Positions 26,964 through 34,734 of a DNA stretch of 64,000 nucleotides are shown in pieces. Position 1 is the stretch's first letter. Each line of letters begins with the position of its first letter. The DNA is from Elusimicrobiota bacterium (GTDB taxonomy: Bacteria > Elusimicrobiota > Elusimicrobia > UBA1565). The DNA lies in assembly GCA_043827405.1 (NCBI GenBank), contig JBDRPD010000060.1, positions 9,301 through 73,300 of the forward strand, given 5' to 3'. Both the position numbers and the translations under genes were made by a program. The notes under the pieces were generated by a model. The model was not told where the DNA came from. It made no database searches and worked only from the letters and a program-made list of their open reading frames with translations.

Positions 26964-28741
26964 TGCCGTCGCGGCTCCAGCCCCTGCCCGAAGACGTGGC
27001 CAGCCGCATTGCGGCCGGCGAAGTAATAGAACGGCCGGCCTCGGTTCTCAAAGAGCTTGTTGAAAACTCGCTCGACGCCGGCGCCAGCAAGATCGAAATC
27101 GAAATCAAGGGCGCGGGGTGCAAGCTCATCCGCGTCGCCGACGACGGCGACGGCGTGCCGCCGGAGGACTGCGCCCGGGCATTCGAGCGCCATACCACCA
27201 GCAAGATCCGCGCGCTCCAGGATCTGGAGAAGCTCTCCACCTTCGGCTTCCGCGGCGAAGCGCTGTTCTCCATCGCCGCGGTTTCCAAGACCACGCTCGC
27301 CAGCCGCGCCAAAGGAGAGCGCCGGGCCTGGCGCGTCGAATTCCGCGGCGGCAGGCTCCATAAAGAGCACGAGGCTCCCCCGGCCGCCGGCACGGCGATC
27401 GAGGTCCGCGACTTATTTTTCAACACTCCCGCCCGCGCCAAGTTTTTAAAATCCGACGCCACTGAGCGCAGCCACCTGGCACGCGTCGTTGAGGAGGCGG
27501 CGCTGGCCAATCCCGCCGTCGCCTTCACCTACTGCGCGGAAGGCAAGATAAAACTGCGCTGCGCGGCGCAAAAAAACGACGGCCGGAAGGCGCAGCAGCG
27601 CCGCGTCGCGGAAGTGCTCGGAGAGGAGTATGGCCGAGAGCTGCTGTGCGCCGAAGGCGGCGCCGGAGGCCTCACCGTCCGCGGGCTTTTTTCGCCGCCG
27701 GAGACCCTGCACGCCACCCGCGGCTTCCAGTACGTATTCGTCAATCGCCGGCCGGTGACCAACCGCACCGTCCAGCAGGCGCTGTACCGCGCCTATGAGC
27801 CGTTCCGCGGCCGGAATCGTCACCCGGCGGCGGTCTTGTTCATCGACGTCCCCTCCGCCGAGCTCGACGTCAACGTCCACCCGACAAAGCGGGAAGTCCG
27901 CTTCCGGCCCGCCGCCGCCGTCTACCAGGCCGTCACGCAGACGCTGTCGAAAGCGCTGCTGGAAGCGAGATCGATCCCGACCATCCAGACGGCCGCGGAA
28001 AATATCCGGTCAGCTTATCACGCCGCCGGCGAAGCCGGACGCTCGCGCGCCGAACGGCCGGTCGCCGAACAATCCTCATTCGTCCTGGAGGCACCCGCCG
28101 GCTACCCCGCCGCCAGGCCCCTGGGCCGGGAGCGCGTTTGGTACTCCGATGACATGCGCTACCTCGGCCAGATCGAACGCACCTATCTGCTCTTTGAGAC
28201 GGGAGGCGGACTGCTCATCATGGACCAGCACGCGGCCCAGGAGAAGGTGCTTTTCGAGCGCTACATCGCCGAGGTGGATTCCGGCAAGCTGCACGTGCAG
28301 GAACTTATGCTCCCGCTGGCCCTGGATCTCCCGGCCTCCGGCATCGAGAAAATCCTCGCCAAGAAGAAGCGCCTGCTCCGCGCCGGCTTCACGGTAGAGG
28401 CGCTGGGCAAGACGACGCTGCACATCACCAGCACGCCGGCGCTCTTCGCCAAAGCGCACGACATCAAGGAGATGGTCCAGCGGCTCCTCGACAGCCTGCT
28501 TTCGCCCTCCTCGGCGGCGGCCGACGTGCGCTACGACGCCACGGCGACCATCGCCTGCAAAGCGGCGGTCAAAGCGCACGACGCCCTGTCGGAACGAGAA
28601 GCACGCGCGCTGGTCAAGGACCTGCGCGCATGCGCGGACGGGACCTGCTGTCCGCACGGCCGCCCGACCATGCTCCACCTCGACCGCTTCGAACTGGCGC
28701 GTCGTTTCGGCCGCTCCGGCGCGCCGCCGCTGGACGCCTAG
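26963..28741 (+). CDS. mutL: DNA mismatch repair endonuclease MutL
   Basis: IAAGEVIERP, GFRGEAL, DVNVHPTKREV, DQHAAQEK, ACK, CPHGRP; TAATG overlap with mutS. Confidence 0.97.
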   Translation: MPSRLQPLPEDVASRIAAGEVIERPASVLKELVENSLDAGASKIEIEIKGAGCKLIRVADDGDGVPPEDCARAFERHTTSKIRALQDLEKLSTFGFRGEALFSIAAVSKTTLASRAKGERRAWRVEFRGGRLHKEHEAPPAAGTAIEVRDLFFNTPARAKFLKSDATERSHLARVVEEAALANPAVAFTYCAEGKIKLRCAAQKNDGRKAQQRRVAEVLGEEYGRELLCAEGGAGGLTVRGLFSPPETLHATRGFQYVFVNRRPVTNRTVQQALYRAYEPFRGRNRHPAAVLFIDVPSAELDVNVHPTKREVRFRPAAAVYQAVTQTLSKALLEARSIPTIQTAAENIRSAYHAAGEAGRSRAERPVAEQSSFVLEAPAGYPAARPLGRERVWYSDDMRYLGQIERTYLLFETGGGLLIMDQHAAQEKVLFERYIAEVDSGKLHVQELMLPLALDLPASGIEKILAKKKRLLRAGFTVEALGKTTLHITSTPALFAKAHDIKEMVQRLLDSLLSPSSAAADVRYDATATIACKAAVKAHDALSEREARALVKDLRACADGTCCPHGRPTMLHLDRFELARRFGRSGAPPLDA

Positions 28742-28767
28742 CTTTCTCCCGCCGCGACGGACAAGCG

Positions 28768-28820
28768 GAAAATTTTTTGTAAAAAATAGGTCTTGACGTC
28801 CGGGGTTTTGGGGCTATACT
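28768..28820 (+). promoter_or_regulatory. Strong sigma70 promoter with an UP-like element and no downstream ORF
   Basis: AT tract 28769-28788, TTGACG (28793-28798), 16 nt, TATACT (28815-28820). Confidence 0.75.
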
Positions 28821-28824
28821 AAGA

Positions 28825-28926
28825 GTACCGCCGAGTAGGTGCCTGCAGTAAACATTCGGCGGTGGACTTGAGGGCGGGACAACGGTCGATATAAAACGAC
28901 GCCTGTTGTCACGCCCTCAACTTTTT
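28825..28926 (+). ncRNA. Candidate ~100-nt small RNA (two hairpins, intrinsic terminator)
   Basis: Hairpin 1 ACCGCCGAGT/ATTCGGCGGT (28827-28863); hairpin 2 TTGAGGGCG-GACAAC...GTTGTC-CGCCCTCAA (28868-28920) then CTTTTT; own promoter. Confidence 0.65.
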
Positions 28927-28936
28927 GCGGCAGAAA

Positions 28937-29413
28937 TTACGGGCCGAAGAAGAAGCCGGCGACCGCGCCGAGCACGCCGCCGATAGCAGCGCCTACCGGT
29001 CCGCCGAGAAGAAAGCCCAGACCGGCCCCGGCCAGAGCGCCGCCGGCCGCCCACCATAATCTCTTACCGCTCTTCTGCGTCTTGAGCTTATTATCCTTGG
29101 TCAGCGGATTGGGCGGTTCCTTAATGTTGCCCTTGTCGGGATCCCCGATAAAGAGGTCCGCCGTTGGGGTCTCCTGCGTACCCTTCACGGGCACAGATAC
29201 CAGCGGCGGCGACACCAAGGTACTGCCCTTGAGCCCCGCGGTATCCCAGCCTTCTCCTGACCGGCCACGAGCCTGGCTGTCGTCGGCCGCACGGGCTCCA
29301 TACCAGCTTTGGTCGGCGATACGCTGCAGATCGCTGCGCAGATTCGCCGTGGAGGCATGTCCCCATACAGCCGCTACGATAAGAATGAGCGCCGCGTGTT
29401 TCAACGCTTTCAT
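28937..29413 (-). CDS. Secreted/membrane protein with a C-terminal glycine zipper
   Basis: Signal peptide; C-terminal GGALAGAGLGFLLGGPVGAAIGGVLGAVAG; TATAAT 7 nt before the ATG. Confidence 0.8.
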   Translation of the reverse strand: MKALKHAALILIVAAVWGHASTANLRSDLQRIADQSWYGARAADDSQARGRSGEGWDTAGLKGSTLVSPPLVSVPVKGTQETPTADLFIGDPDKGNIKEPPNPLTKDNKLKTQKSGKRLWWAAGGALAGAGLGFLLGGPVGAAIGGVLGAVAGFFFGP

Positions 29414-29534
29414 TACAAAAATTATACCGGGAGACCACCGAATGGATGGGGGACCATGGACCTAAAAAACCGGCGTAATCCGGCCTATGCGCAAAGGGCC
29501 GGAGGTCCCGCGCAGAAACATCTATTTTTTAAGG

Positions 29535-29582
29535 GAAAATTAAGAGGGCACCAGAGCTTTCCTCTTTAGCTCTCGTGCCCCC
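29535..29582 (-). terminator. Terminator-like hairpin closing the GU-rich RNA
   Basis: Minus strand GGGGGCAC-G-AGAGCT...AGCTCT-G-GTGCCCTC followed by TTAATTTT. Confidence 0.6.
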
Positions 29583-29693
29583 AGTACGGCGAACGACCGC
29601 GACGTACGATGAACAGTCACCGACGGGTACAAACCTCCCGCCGGGCCCTCGGCGGGTACGTCGAACGACAACGAAACGAACGGCCACGCACGG

Positions 29694-29816
29694 CCACAAC
29701 CCGGCAAAGGCCACAAACGACCACGACCTGGCAACGGCCACGAACGGCCACAACCACGACCCGGCAACGACCACGAACGGCCACGACCCGGCAACAACCA
29801 CGAACAGCCACGACCC
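29694..29816. repeat. Imperfect 27-nt tandem repeat (4 full copies plus partials)
   Basis: CCACGACCCGGCAACGACCACGAACGG-like units at 29694, 29721, 29754 and 29781 (6-nt insert at 29748-29753). Confidence 0.92.
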
Positions 29817-29855
29817 ACGACGGAGACGACGAAGAACACGACGACCTACGGTGTT

Positions 29856-29883
29856 AGTATAAGCCGGTAACAGGATATGTCAA
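29856..29883 (-). promoter_or_regulatory. Near-consensus sigma70 promoter driving the GU-rich RNA
   Basis: Minus strand TTGACA (29883-29878), 16 nt, TATACT (29861-29856). Confidence 0.82.
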
Positions 29884-29897
29884 GGCCCAAAAACGAC

Positions 29898-30617
29898 TCA
29901 TTTCAGCCGCCAAACCGTATGCCATTGCGGGATGAGCCGAGCATGCTTGAGCCGCGCGCGTGCCTGAACGAGAAACTTGACGGCACGCTCCGGCTCGACG
30001 GGCAGACAGCGCTTTCCGGGAAATCTTGCGCTGACAACAGGCGTCGCCGGCTGCAAAACCAGCGGCATGGACGGCGCATTCGCCTCCATTAAGCGAATCA
30101 CCTTCAGCCATTCCGCGTCTGTCGTGCTCCGCGTCAGCACGACCTTGGCGAAGGCGCGCCGACCGGCCGCGCGCAGGAATTCCGCATGCGCTTTCCACAG
30201 GCTTTTACCGACGGCGGAGGGCAGCTTCAAGTCGACCGCGATCATGTCGAGCCACGGCAGCAGCCTCCGCAAAACGCCGACATGCACGCCGTTGGTCTCC
30301 AAGTAGTTCTTGAGCCCAAGCCGCCGCACCCGCGGCAAAACGGAATGGAGAAAATCCCCGCAGCGCAGCGGCTCCCCGCCCGTCCAGGCGACCGCCGCAT
30401 GCCGCCGCCGGCGATTATGGTCCTCCAGCACCGCGCACAGGCGCCGTGCGTCCCATTCTTCGCCGGAGTCCGCCGGCAGCGCCTTTGCCTCATCGCAGTA
30501 GTCGCAGCGCAGACCGCAGCCGCCGAAGCGAACAAATATCTGCCGCTCGCCAAGCCGCAATCCCTCGCCTTGCAGCGATGAAAATATCTCGCAGATCCGG
30601 GCGTGATCGCGCCTCAT
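29898..30617 (-). CDS. queE: 7-carboxy-7-deazaguanine synthase QueE (radical SAM)
   Basis: EIFSSLQGEG...QIFVRFGGCGLRCDYCD, TGGEP, ETNG, IPQ.H; adjacent to queC. Confidence 0.9.
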   Translation of the reverse strand: MRRDHARICEIFSSLQGEGLRLGERQIFVRFGGCGLRCDYCDEAKALPADSGEEWDARRLCAVLEDHNRRRRHAAVAWTGGEPLRCGDFLHSVLPRVRRLGLKNYLETNGVHVGVLRRLLPWLDMIAVDLKLPSAVGKSLWKAHAEFLRAAGRRAFAKVVLTRSTTDAEWLKVIRLMEANAPSMPLVLQPATPVVSARFPGKRCLPVEPERAVKFLVQARARLKHARLIPQWHTVWRLK

Positions 30618-31342
30618 CGCGCCGGGTCCAGCGCGCCGGCTTTCTCGAAGCCCTTCACGCGCAGCTTGCAGGAATCGCAGCGGCCGCATGGCCGTCGACC
30701 TCCGCGGTAGCATGACCAGGTGAGCTCCAGCGGCACCCGAAGCCTAAGCGCCAAACGGACGATGGCGGCCTTATCCTTGTGAATGAGAGGCGTCGCAATG
30801 CGAATACGTTTGCCCTGCGCGCCGCGCCGCGTACCCGTCCGCGCCACGCTTTGAAAAGCTTGGTAAAACGCCGGCCGGCAGTCCGGGTAGCCGCTGTAGT
30901 CGAGGCTATTGGCGCCGACCACGACCATCTCCGCGCCCACGGCATCGGCGAGCGACAAGCCCAACGCCGTGAAGACGGCATTGCGGCCCGGGACATAGGT
31001 CGCGGGAATGCCGCCGCGCCCGATGCGCGACAGCGGGACATCGGGCAGCGGCCGCCGCGTATCGGTAAGCATATTGCCGCGCAGCCAAGGCAGACGCAGA
31101 CGCAGCGTCGTAAACCGCGCGCCGGCCGCCGTCGCGACGCGGCGAGCGGAACGCAGCTCGCGGCTGTGCCGCTGCCCATAGTCGACCGCCAGGGCCTCCA
31201 GACGGCAGCCCCGCTCCTTCGCCCAATAAAGGCAGGTCGCGGAATCCAGGCCGCCCGAAAGAAGGACCACGGCGCGCTTGCCTTTCTCCTTTCGCGCCGC
31301 CCCCGAGGGGATAAGCGCTGAGGGGGCGGCACGGCGGCTCAC
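30614..31342 (-). CDS. queC: 7-cyano-7-deazaguanine synthase QueC
   Basis: LSGGLDS, YGQRH, TYVPGRN, SGYPDCR, TWSCY...CGRCDSC. Confidence 0.96.
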   Translation of the reverse strand: MSRRAAPSALIPSGAARKEKGKRAVVLLSGGLDSATCLYWAKERGCRLEALAVDYGQRHSRELRSARRVATAAGARFTTLRLRLPWLRGNMLTDTRRPLPDVPLSRIGRGGIPATYVPGRNAVFTALGLSLADAVGAEMVVVGANSLDYSGYPDCRPAFYQAFQSVARTGTRRGAQGKRIRIATPLIHKDKAAIVRLALRLRVPLELTWSCYRGGRRPCGRCDSCKLRVKGFEKAGALDPAR

Positions 31343-31782
31343 CGCAGAACCTCGATCAATAAAGCGCATGTTATTTTCTGCGCCCCCGGTTGGGACGACT
31401 CCCGCGGCCCGGCGACATTGAGCACCGCCGGCCGCTCCCGCTCCAGAAAGGTTCGGACTTTCTGCGCGGCCTGCGCCTCCCGCGGATCAACGACGCAGAA
31501 AGGCCGGCCGTGACGCTTGGCTAATTCCAGCGTCAGCAGGGTACCGCCCGAGGGCTCGCCGGCGGAGAGGATTAGAGTGGCGTCGGCGTCCACGACATTG
31601 CGCTCCGTGCGTTCCGGATACTGCGCGGATACGCCTTCCGTGACCGGATAACGCTCCGGCACGCGCCCATCCTCGGCGCGACGCCCGCGCGGCACGGTTC
31701 CGCCGCAGGACAAACCCAACTCCAGCGCCGCATCCAAAGCCCCGCGATCCACGCCGGTCTGCGCGCCGGAGATAATCTTCAT
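31339..31782 (-). CDS. Putative molybdenum-carrier (SLOG-fold, YpsA-like) protein
   Basis: KIISGAQTGVDRGALDAA, RTERNVVDADAT, GGT.LT, LNVAGPRES. Confidence 0.88.
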   Translation of the reverse strand: MKIISGAQTGVDRGALDAALELGLSCGGTVPRGRRAEDGRVPERYPVTEGVSAQYPERTERNVVDADATLILSAGEPSGGTLLTLELAKRHGRPFCVVDPREAQAAQKVRTFLERERPAVLNVAGPRESSQPGAQKITCALLIEVLR

Positions 31783-31798
31783 GGAGGGCCTCCGCCGA

Positions 31799-32188
31799 TC
31801 AGGCGCCGGGATCCCGGGCAACGGCGTCGATCTCGACCAGCGCATCCTTCGGCAGCGCGCTGACCTCCACCGCGGCGCGCGCCGGCGCAGGCGCGGGAAA
31901 CGCCGACGCGTATACCTCGTTCATCCGGGCGAACTCTCCCAAATCCCGCATATAAACCGTAGTCTTGACGACATCCCCCATCCCGGCGCCGGCGGCGCGC
32001 AGCACGGCCTCGATATTGCGCAGGACCTGCCGCGTCTGCTCCGGCACGCCGCCGTCGACCATTTGCCCCGTCTCCGGCGCCAGCGGGAGCTGCCCGGAAA
32101 GGAATATCCAGCCGCCGGCGCGCACCGCCTGCGAATACGGCCCGATCGCCGCCGGTGCGTCCTGGGTCTCAATCATATCCTTGGCCAT
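31799..32188 (-). CDS. ridA: RidA (YjgF/YER057c/UK114) enamine deaminase
   Basis: APAAIGPYSQA, SGQLP, VVKTTVY, PARAAVEV..LP..ALVEID. Confidence 0.93.
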   Translation of the reverse strand: MAKDMIETQDAPAAIGPYSQAVRAGGWIFLSGQLPLAPETGQMVDGGVPEQTRQVLRNIEAVLRAAGAGMGDVVKTTVYMRDLGEFARMNEVYASAFPAPAPARAAVEVSALPKDALVEIDAVARDPGA

Positions 32189-33588
32189 CACAGCTCCCCC
32201 CATTCGTCGACGTCCGCGTTCTCGGCGTCACGGTAAAAACGCGCGGTGCAGATTCCTTTCAGCCCCTGGACGACCGCGAACAGCACTCCCGTCAGAACAG
32301 CCCACGACCATAGACCGCAGCCAAACAGCACGACCGCCAGCGGCGCCGTCCATTGAACCGGCTGACCCCGGGCAATCAGCGAACAGAAAAAAGCCAGGAC
32401 CGGCGCCGCGCATAAAAGCGCGAAGCGCAGATCAAACACTCCCAATCCCAAATGCGTGCGTTCCGCTTGCGCCGTCCCCAGCAAGTCGACGCTTCTCCTC
32501 AATGCCGGCACTACGCCCATATCCTCACAGGCCATGACGCTGGCAGCGAGATAGCCGCTGCGGAAAACTCCGCTCTCGAAGATGCGCTGAAACAGGCCCC
32601 CGGCTCGCCCCGCCCTGCCGCGCCGCAGGATGAGCCGGTAGACAAGACCCAGCGGCAGGAGCGCCGCGAACACAACAAACCATAACGCTATGACGCCCGG
32701 CACGAACGGCAGGCAAGCCGCCGCCGCATTGGCCTCCGGACGCCGCGCCAATGCCGCGGCGAGAAGCGCTCCCGGCAGGAAGGAACAGATGCCCACCACG
32801 AAGTAGGCTTTCACCCAGCCGCCGGAGACGTCGTAGAGCGGGCGGCCGAGCGTCAACGCGAGAATATCAAAGCCGTAGCCCGCGATGACCGCCGCACAGC
32901 ACAGCCACACAAACACGGTGACGGAAAAAAACAGTTTATGCCGCAGCAAAACTTCCCACGCGGCGCGCGCCCGCGCGCCCGCGCCGCCCTGCAGGTCAAA
33001 AACCGGCAGTCCCAGGACCGCCCAAGCCGTCACGACCGCCGGCAGGATTAAGAGCCATAGCCAGCGCGCCGTTCGTGCGAGGCGCCCGAAGAGCTTCGTT
33101 CGCGCCATTTTCACTCCGGAGGGCGGCGACGGAGGGCGGCTCGCCGGATTATGCTGTCGCTGCAAAGAGCGCTTGAGCGTCTCCGCCCCCTCCTTCACCG
33201 CCGGACTCGGCGCGAGAATGCCTCTTGCGGCCAAAGCATCCAGCCGGGCGAGCAGCTGATCAGGGACATCGCGCTGCCCCCAGGAGAAATAATCCGCCAG
33301 CGCGCGCATGGCGGGCGCCCGCACCCCGCCGTTCTCTTCCTCCTGGGCAACCGCGATCAAAGCGTCCAGCGCCGCGCCGTCGTCATGCTCGTTAAGCCGC
33401 ACGCCCAGGGCATGCACGATCCAGAAGCGCTGATCCGAATCCCGCGTCCGGCTGTAGAGCTCGGCGAGCTTCGCGGAAGCCGCGACCGATGGGTCGTCCT
33501 CCAGGCGGCGCAGCCCGTCAGCGCGCGCCGCGGGAACAGCGCTCAGCCAGAAGCCCAGGCCGAACAGCAGAAAGACGAGTCGGCTCAC
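32188..33588 (-). CDS. Hypothetical polytopic membrane protein with an N-terminal HEAT-like exported domain
   Basis: Signal peptide, helical-repeat-like segment, about 7 hydrophobic segments; translationally coupled on both sides. Confidence 0.75.
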   Translation of the reverse strand: MSRLVFLLFGLGFWLSAVPAARADGLRRLEDDPSVAASAKLAELYSRTRDSDQRFWIVHALGVRLNEHDDGAALDALIAVAQEEENGGVRAPAMRALADYFSWGQRDVPDQLLARLDALAARGILAPSPAVKEGAETLKRSLQRQHNPASRPPSPPSGVKMARTKLFGRLARTARWLWLLILPAVVTAWAVLGLPVFDLQGGAGARARAAWEVLLRHKLFFSVTVFVWLCCAAVIAGYGFDILALTLGRPLYDVSGGWVKAYFVVGICSFLPGALLAAALARRPEANAAAACLPFVPGVIALWFVVFAALLPLGLVYRLILRRGRAGRAGGLFQRIFESGVFRSGYLAASVMACEDMGVVPALRRSVDLLGTAQAERTHLGLGVFDLRFALLCAAPVLAFFCSLIARGQPVQWTAPLAVVLFGCGLWSWAVLTGVLFAVVQGLKGICTARFYRDAENADVDEWGEL

Positions 33589-34733
33589 ATCCCCCCTTGA
33601 ATCGCGTCCAACAGCAGCTCGTTAGTTGAGTATTTCCGCACCATCTCCACCACCACCTTGGTGGCTTCCAGGTCTGAAAGGCTCGCAAGTTTGCGCCGCA
33701 GCTTCCATACGCCGTCGAGCGTCTTCTCCGGCAGGAGCAGTTCTTCCCTGCGCGTTCCGGAACTTTTGACGTGTATCGCAGGAAACACCCGCTGCTCCGC
33801 CGCCGGCCGCGAGAGCACCAGCTCCATATTGCCGGTCCCTTTAAACTCCTGAAAGATCACTTCATCCATGCGGCTGTTGGTATCGATAAGGATCGTGGCC
33901 ATAATCGTAATCGATCCCCCCTCCTCCAGCTTGCGCGCACAGCCGAAAAAGCGCCGGGGCAGCTCCATCGCGCGCGAATCCAAACCGCCGGACAGCGTGC
34001 GCGTGCCTCCCGTCGCGGTATTATGCGCCCGCGCCAGACGCGTAAGCGAATCCAGCACAATAAGGACATCAACCCCGGCGACGGACTGTTCGACCGCCAG
34101 CTGATATACTTTATCCGCGGTGCTGATATGGGATTCGAAACCCTGGTCGCTTGAGGACGCGTGCACTTCGGCCTGGACCGCGCGACGGAAGTCGGTGACC
34201 TCTTCCGGCCGCTCATCGACCAGCAGGCAGTAGACTTTCATCTTCGGCTCGGCGCCGGTGACGGCGTTGCATATCTCTTTGAGGATCGTCGTCTTGCCGG
34301 CCTTGGGCGGCGATACGATCAATCCGCGCTGCCCCTTGCCCACCGGGGAGAGCAGATCCACCACCCTCATCGCCGCAGACGTCGGGCCGTTTTCCATGCG
34401 AATCCACTCAAACGGCGCGACCGGCGTCCTATCCAAAAACTGCTTCTCTGCCTCCGTGCGCTTCAGCGGCGCGATCTGCCGGTCGCCGCGGCCTTGGCCG
34501 CCGCGCCGCGGATATCCGCCGCGCCCGCCGTACCCGCCGCGCCCGCCCGAGCCACCGCGCCCGCCGGAACCACCGCGCCCGCCCTGGCCGCCATGTCCGC
34601 CCTGACCGCCTGGACCGCCGCGCTCCCGCTGTCCTCCGCCGCCTTGTCCGGAAAGTGATCCCTGGTCGTTATTTCCGTGGGCCGGTCCTCGGGAACCCGA
34701 GCGGCGCCGACGGCGCCTTGGTTTATTTCTCAT
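33585..34733 (-). CDS. rho: Transcription termination factor Rho, atypical (no OB-fold; GGR-rich N-terminus)
   Basis: [62 protein letters not shown]. Confidence 0.93.
   Translation of the reverse strand: MRNKPRRRRRRSGSRGPAHGNNDQGSLSGQGGGGQRERGGPGGQGGHGGQGGRGGSGGRGGSGGRGGYGGRGGYPRRGGQGRGDRQIAPLKRTEAEKQFLDRTPVAPFEWIRMENGPTSAAMRVVDLLSPVGKGQRGLIVSPPKAGKTTILKEICNAVTGAEPKMKVYCLLVDERPEEVTDFRRAVQAEVHASSSDQGFESHISTADKVYQLAVEQSVAGVDVLIVLDSLTRLARAHNTATGGTRTLSGGLDSRAMELPRRFFGCARKLEEGGSITIMATILIDTNSRMDEVIFQEFKGTGNMELVLSRPAAEQRVFPAIHVKSSGTRREELLLPEKTLDGVWKLRRKLASLSDLEATKVVVEMVRKYSTNELLLDAIQGGM
34513..34620 (-). repeat. Gly-Gly-X coding repeat ([15 protein letters not shown]) in the Rho N-terminus
   Basis: Imperfect 9/18-nt repeats encoding [36 protein letters not shown]. 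Confidence 0.85.
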
Positions 34734-34734
34734 A

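Larger units (their letters stand above)
29535..29849 (-). ncRNA. Candidate ~315-nt GU-rich repeat non-coding RNA
   Basis: Near-consensus promoter, A-depleted repeat domain, 3' stems (8-bp inverted repeat 29600-29607/29656-29663; hairpin 29637-29656), terminator hairpin; no credible ORF. Confidence 0.65.

Noticed and set aside
28825..28926. tRNA, SRP RNA, retron msr-msd or integron attC
   Set aside because: No cloverleaf, T-loop or CCA; no SRP GGAA-loop domain; no reverse transcriptase or integrase in the window; RYYYAAC...GTTRRRY boxes are not in attC order.
29694..29816. CRISPR array interpretation of the 27-nt repeats
   Set aside because: The repeats are contiguous and degenerate with no unique spacers, and no cas genes are in the window.
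29529..29862. Short ORFs over the repeat (29540-29839 -, 29529-29801 -, 29575-29862 +, 29609-29857 +)
   Set aside because: The frames stay open because the sequence lacks A on one strand and T on the other, so stop codons cannot form. Repeat variation is not third-position biased and there is no clear SD. Not fully excluded, since the unit length and the insert are multiples of 3.
29898..31342. queC/queE as a Dpd or QatC-type defence system
   Set aside because: Both proteins are canonical in length and motifs, and there are no dpdA, TatD or ATPase neighbours.
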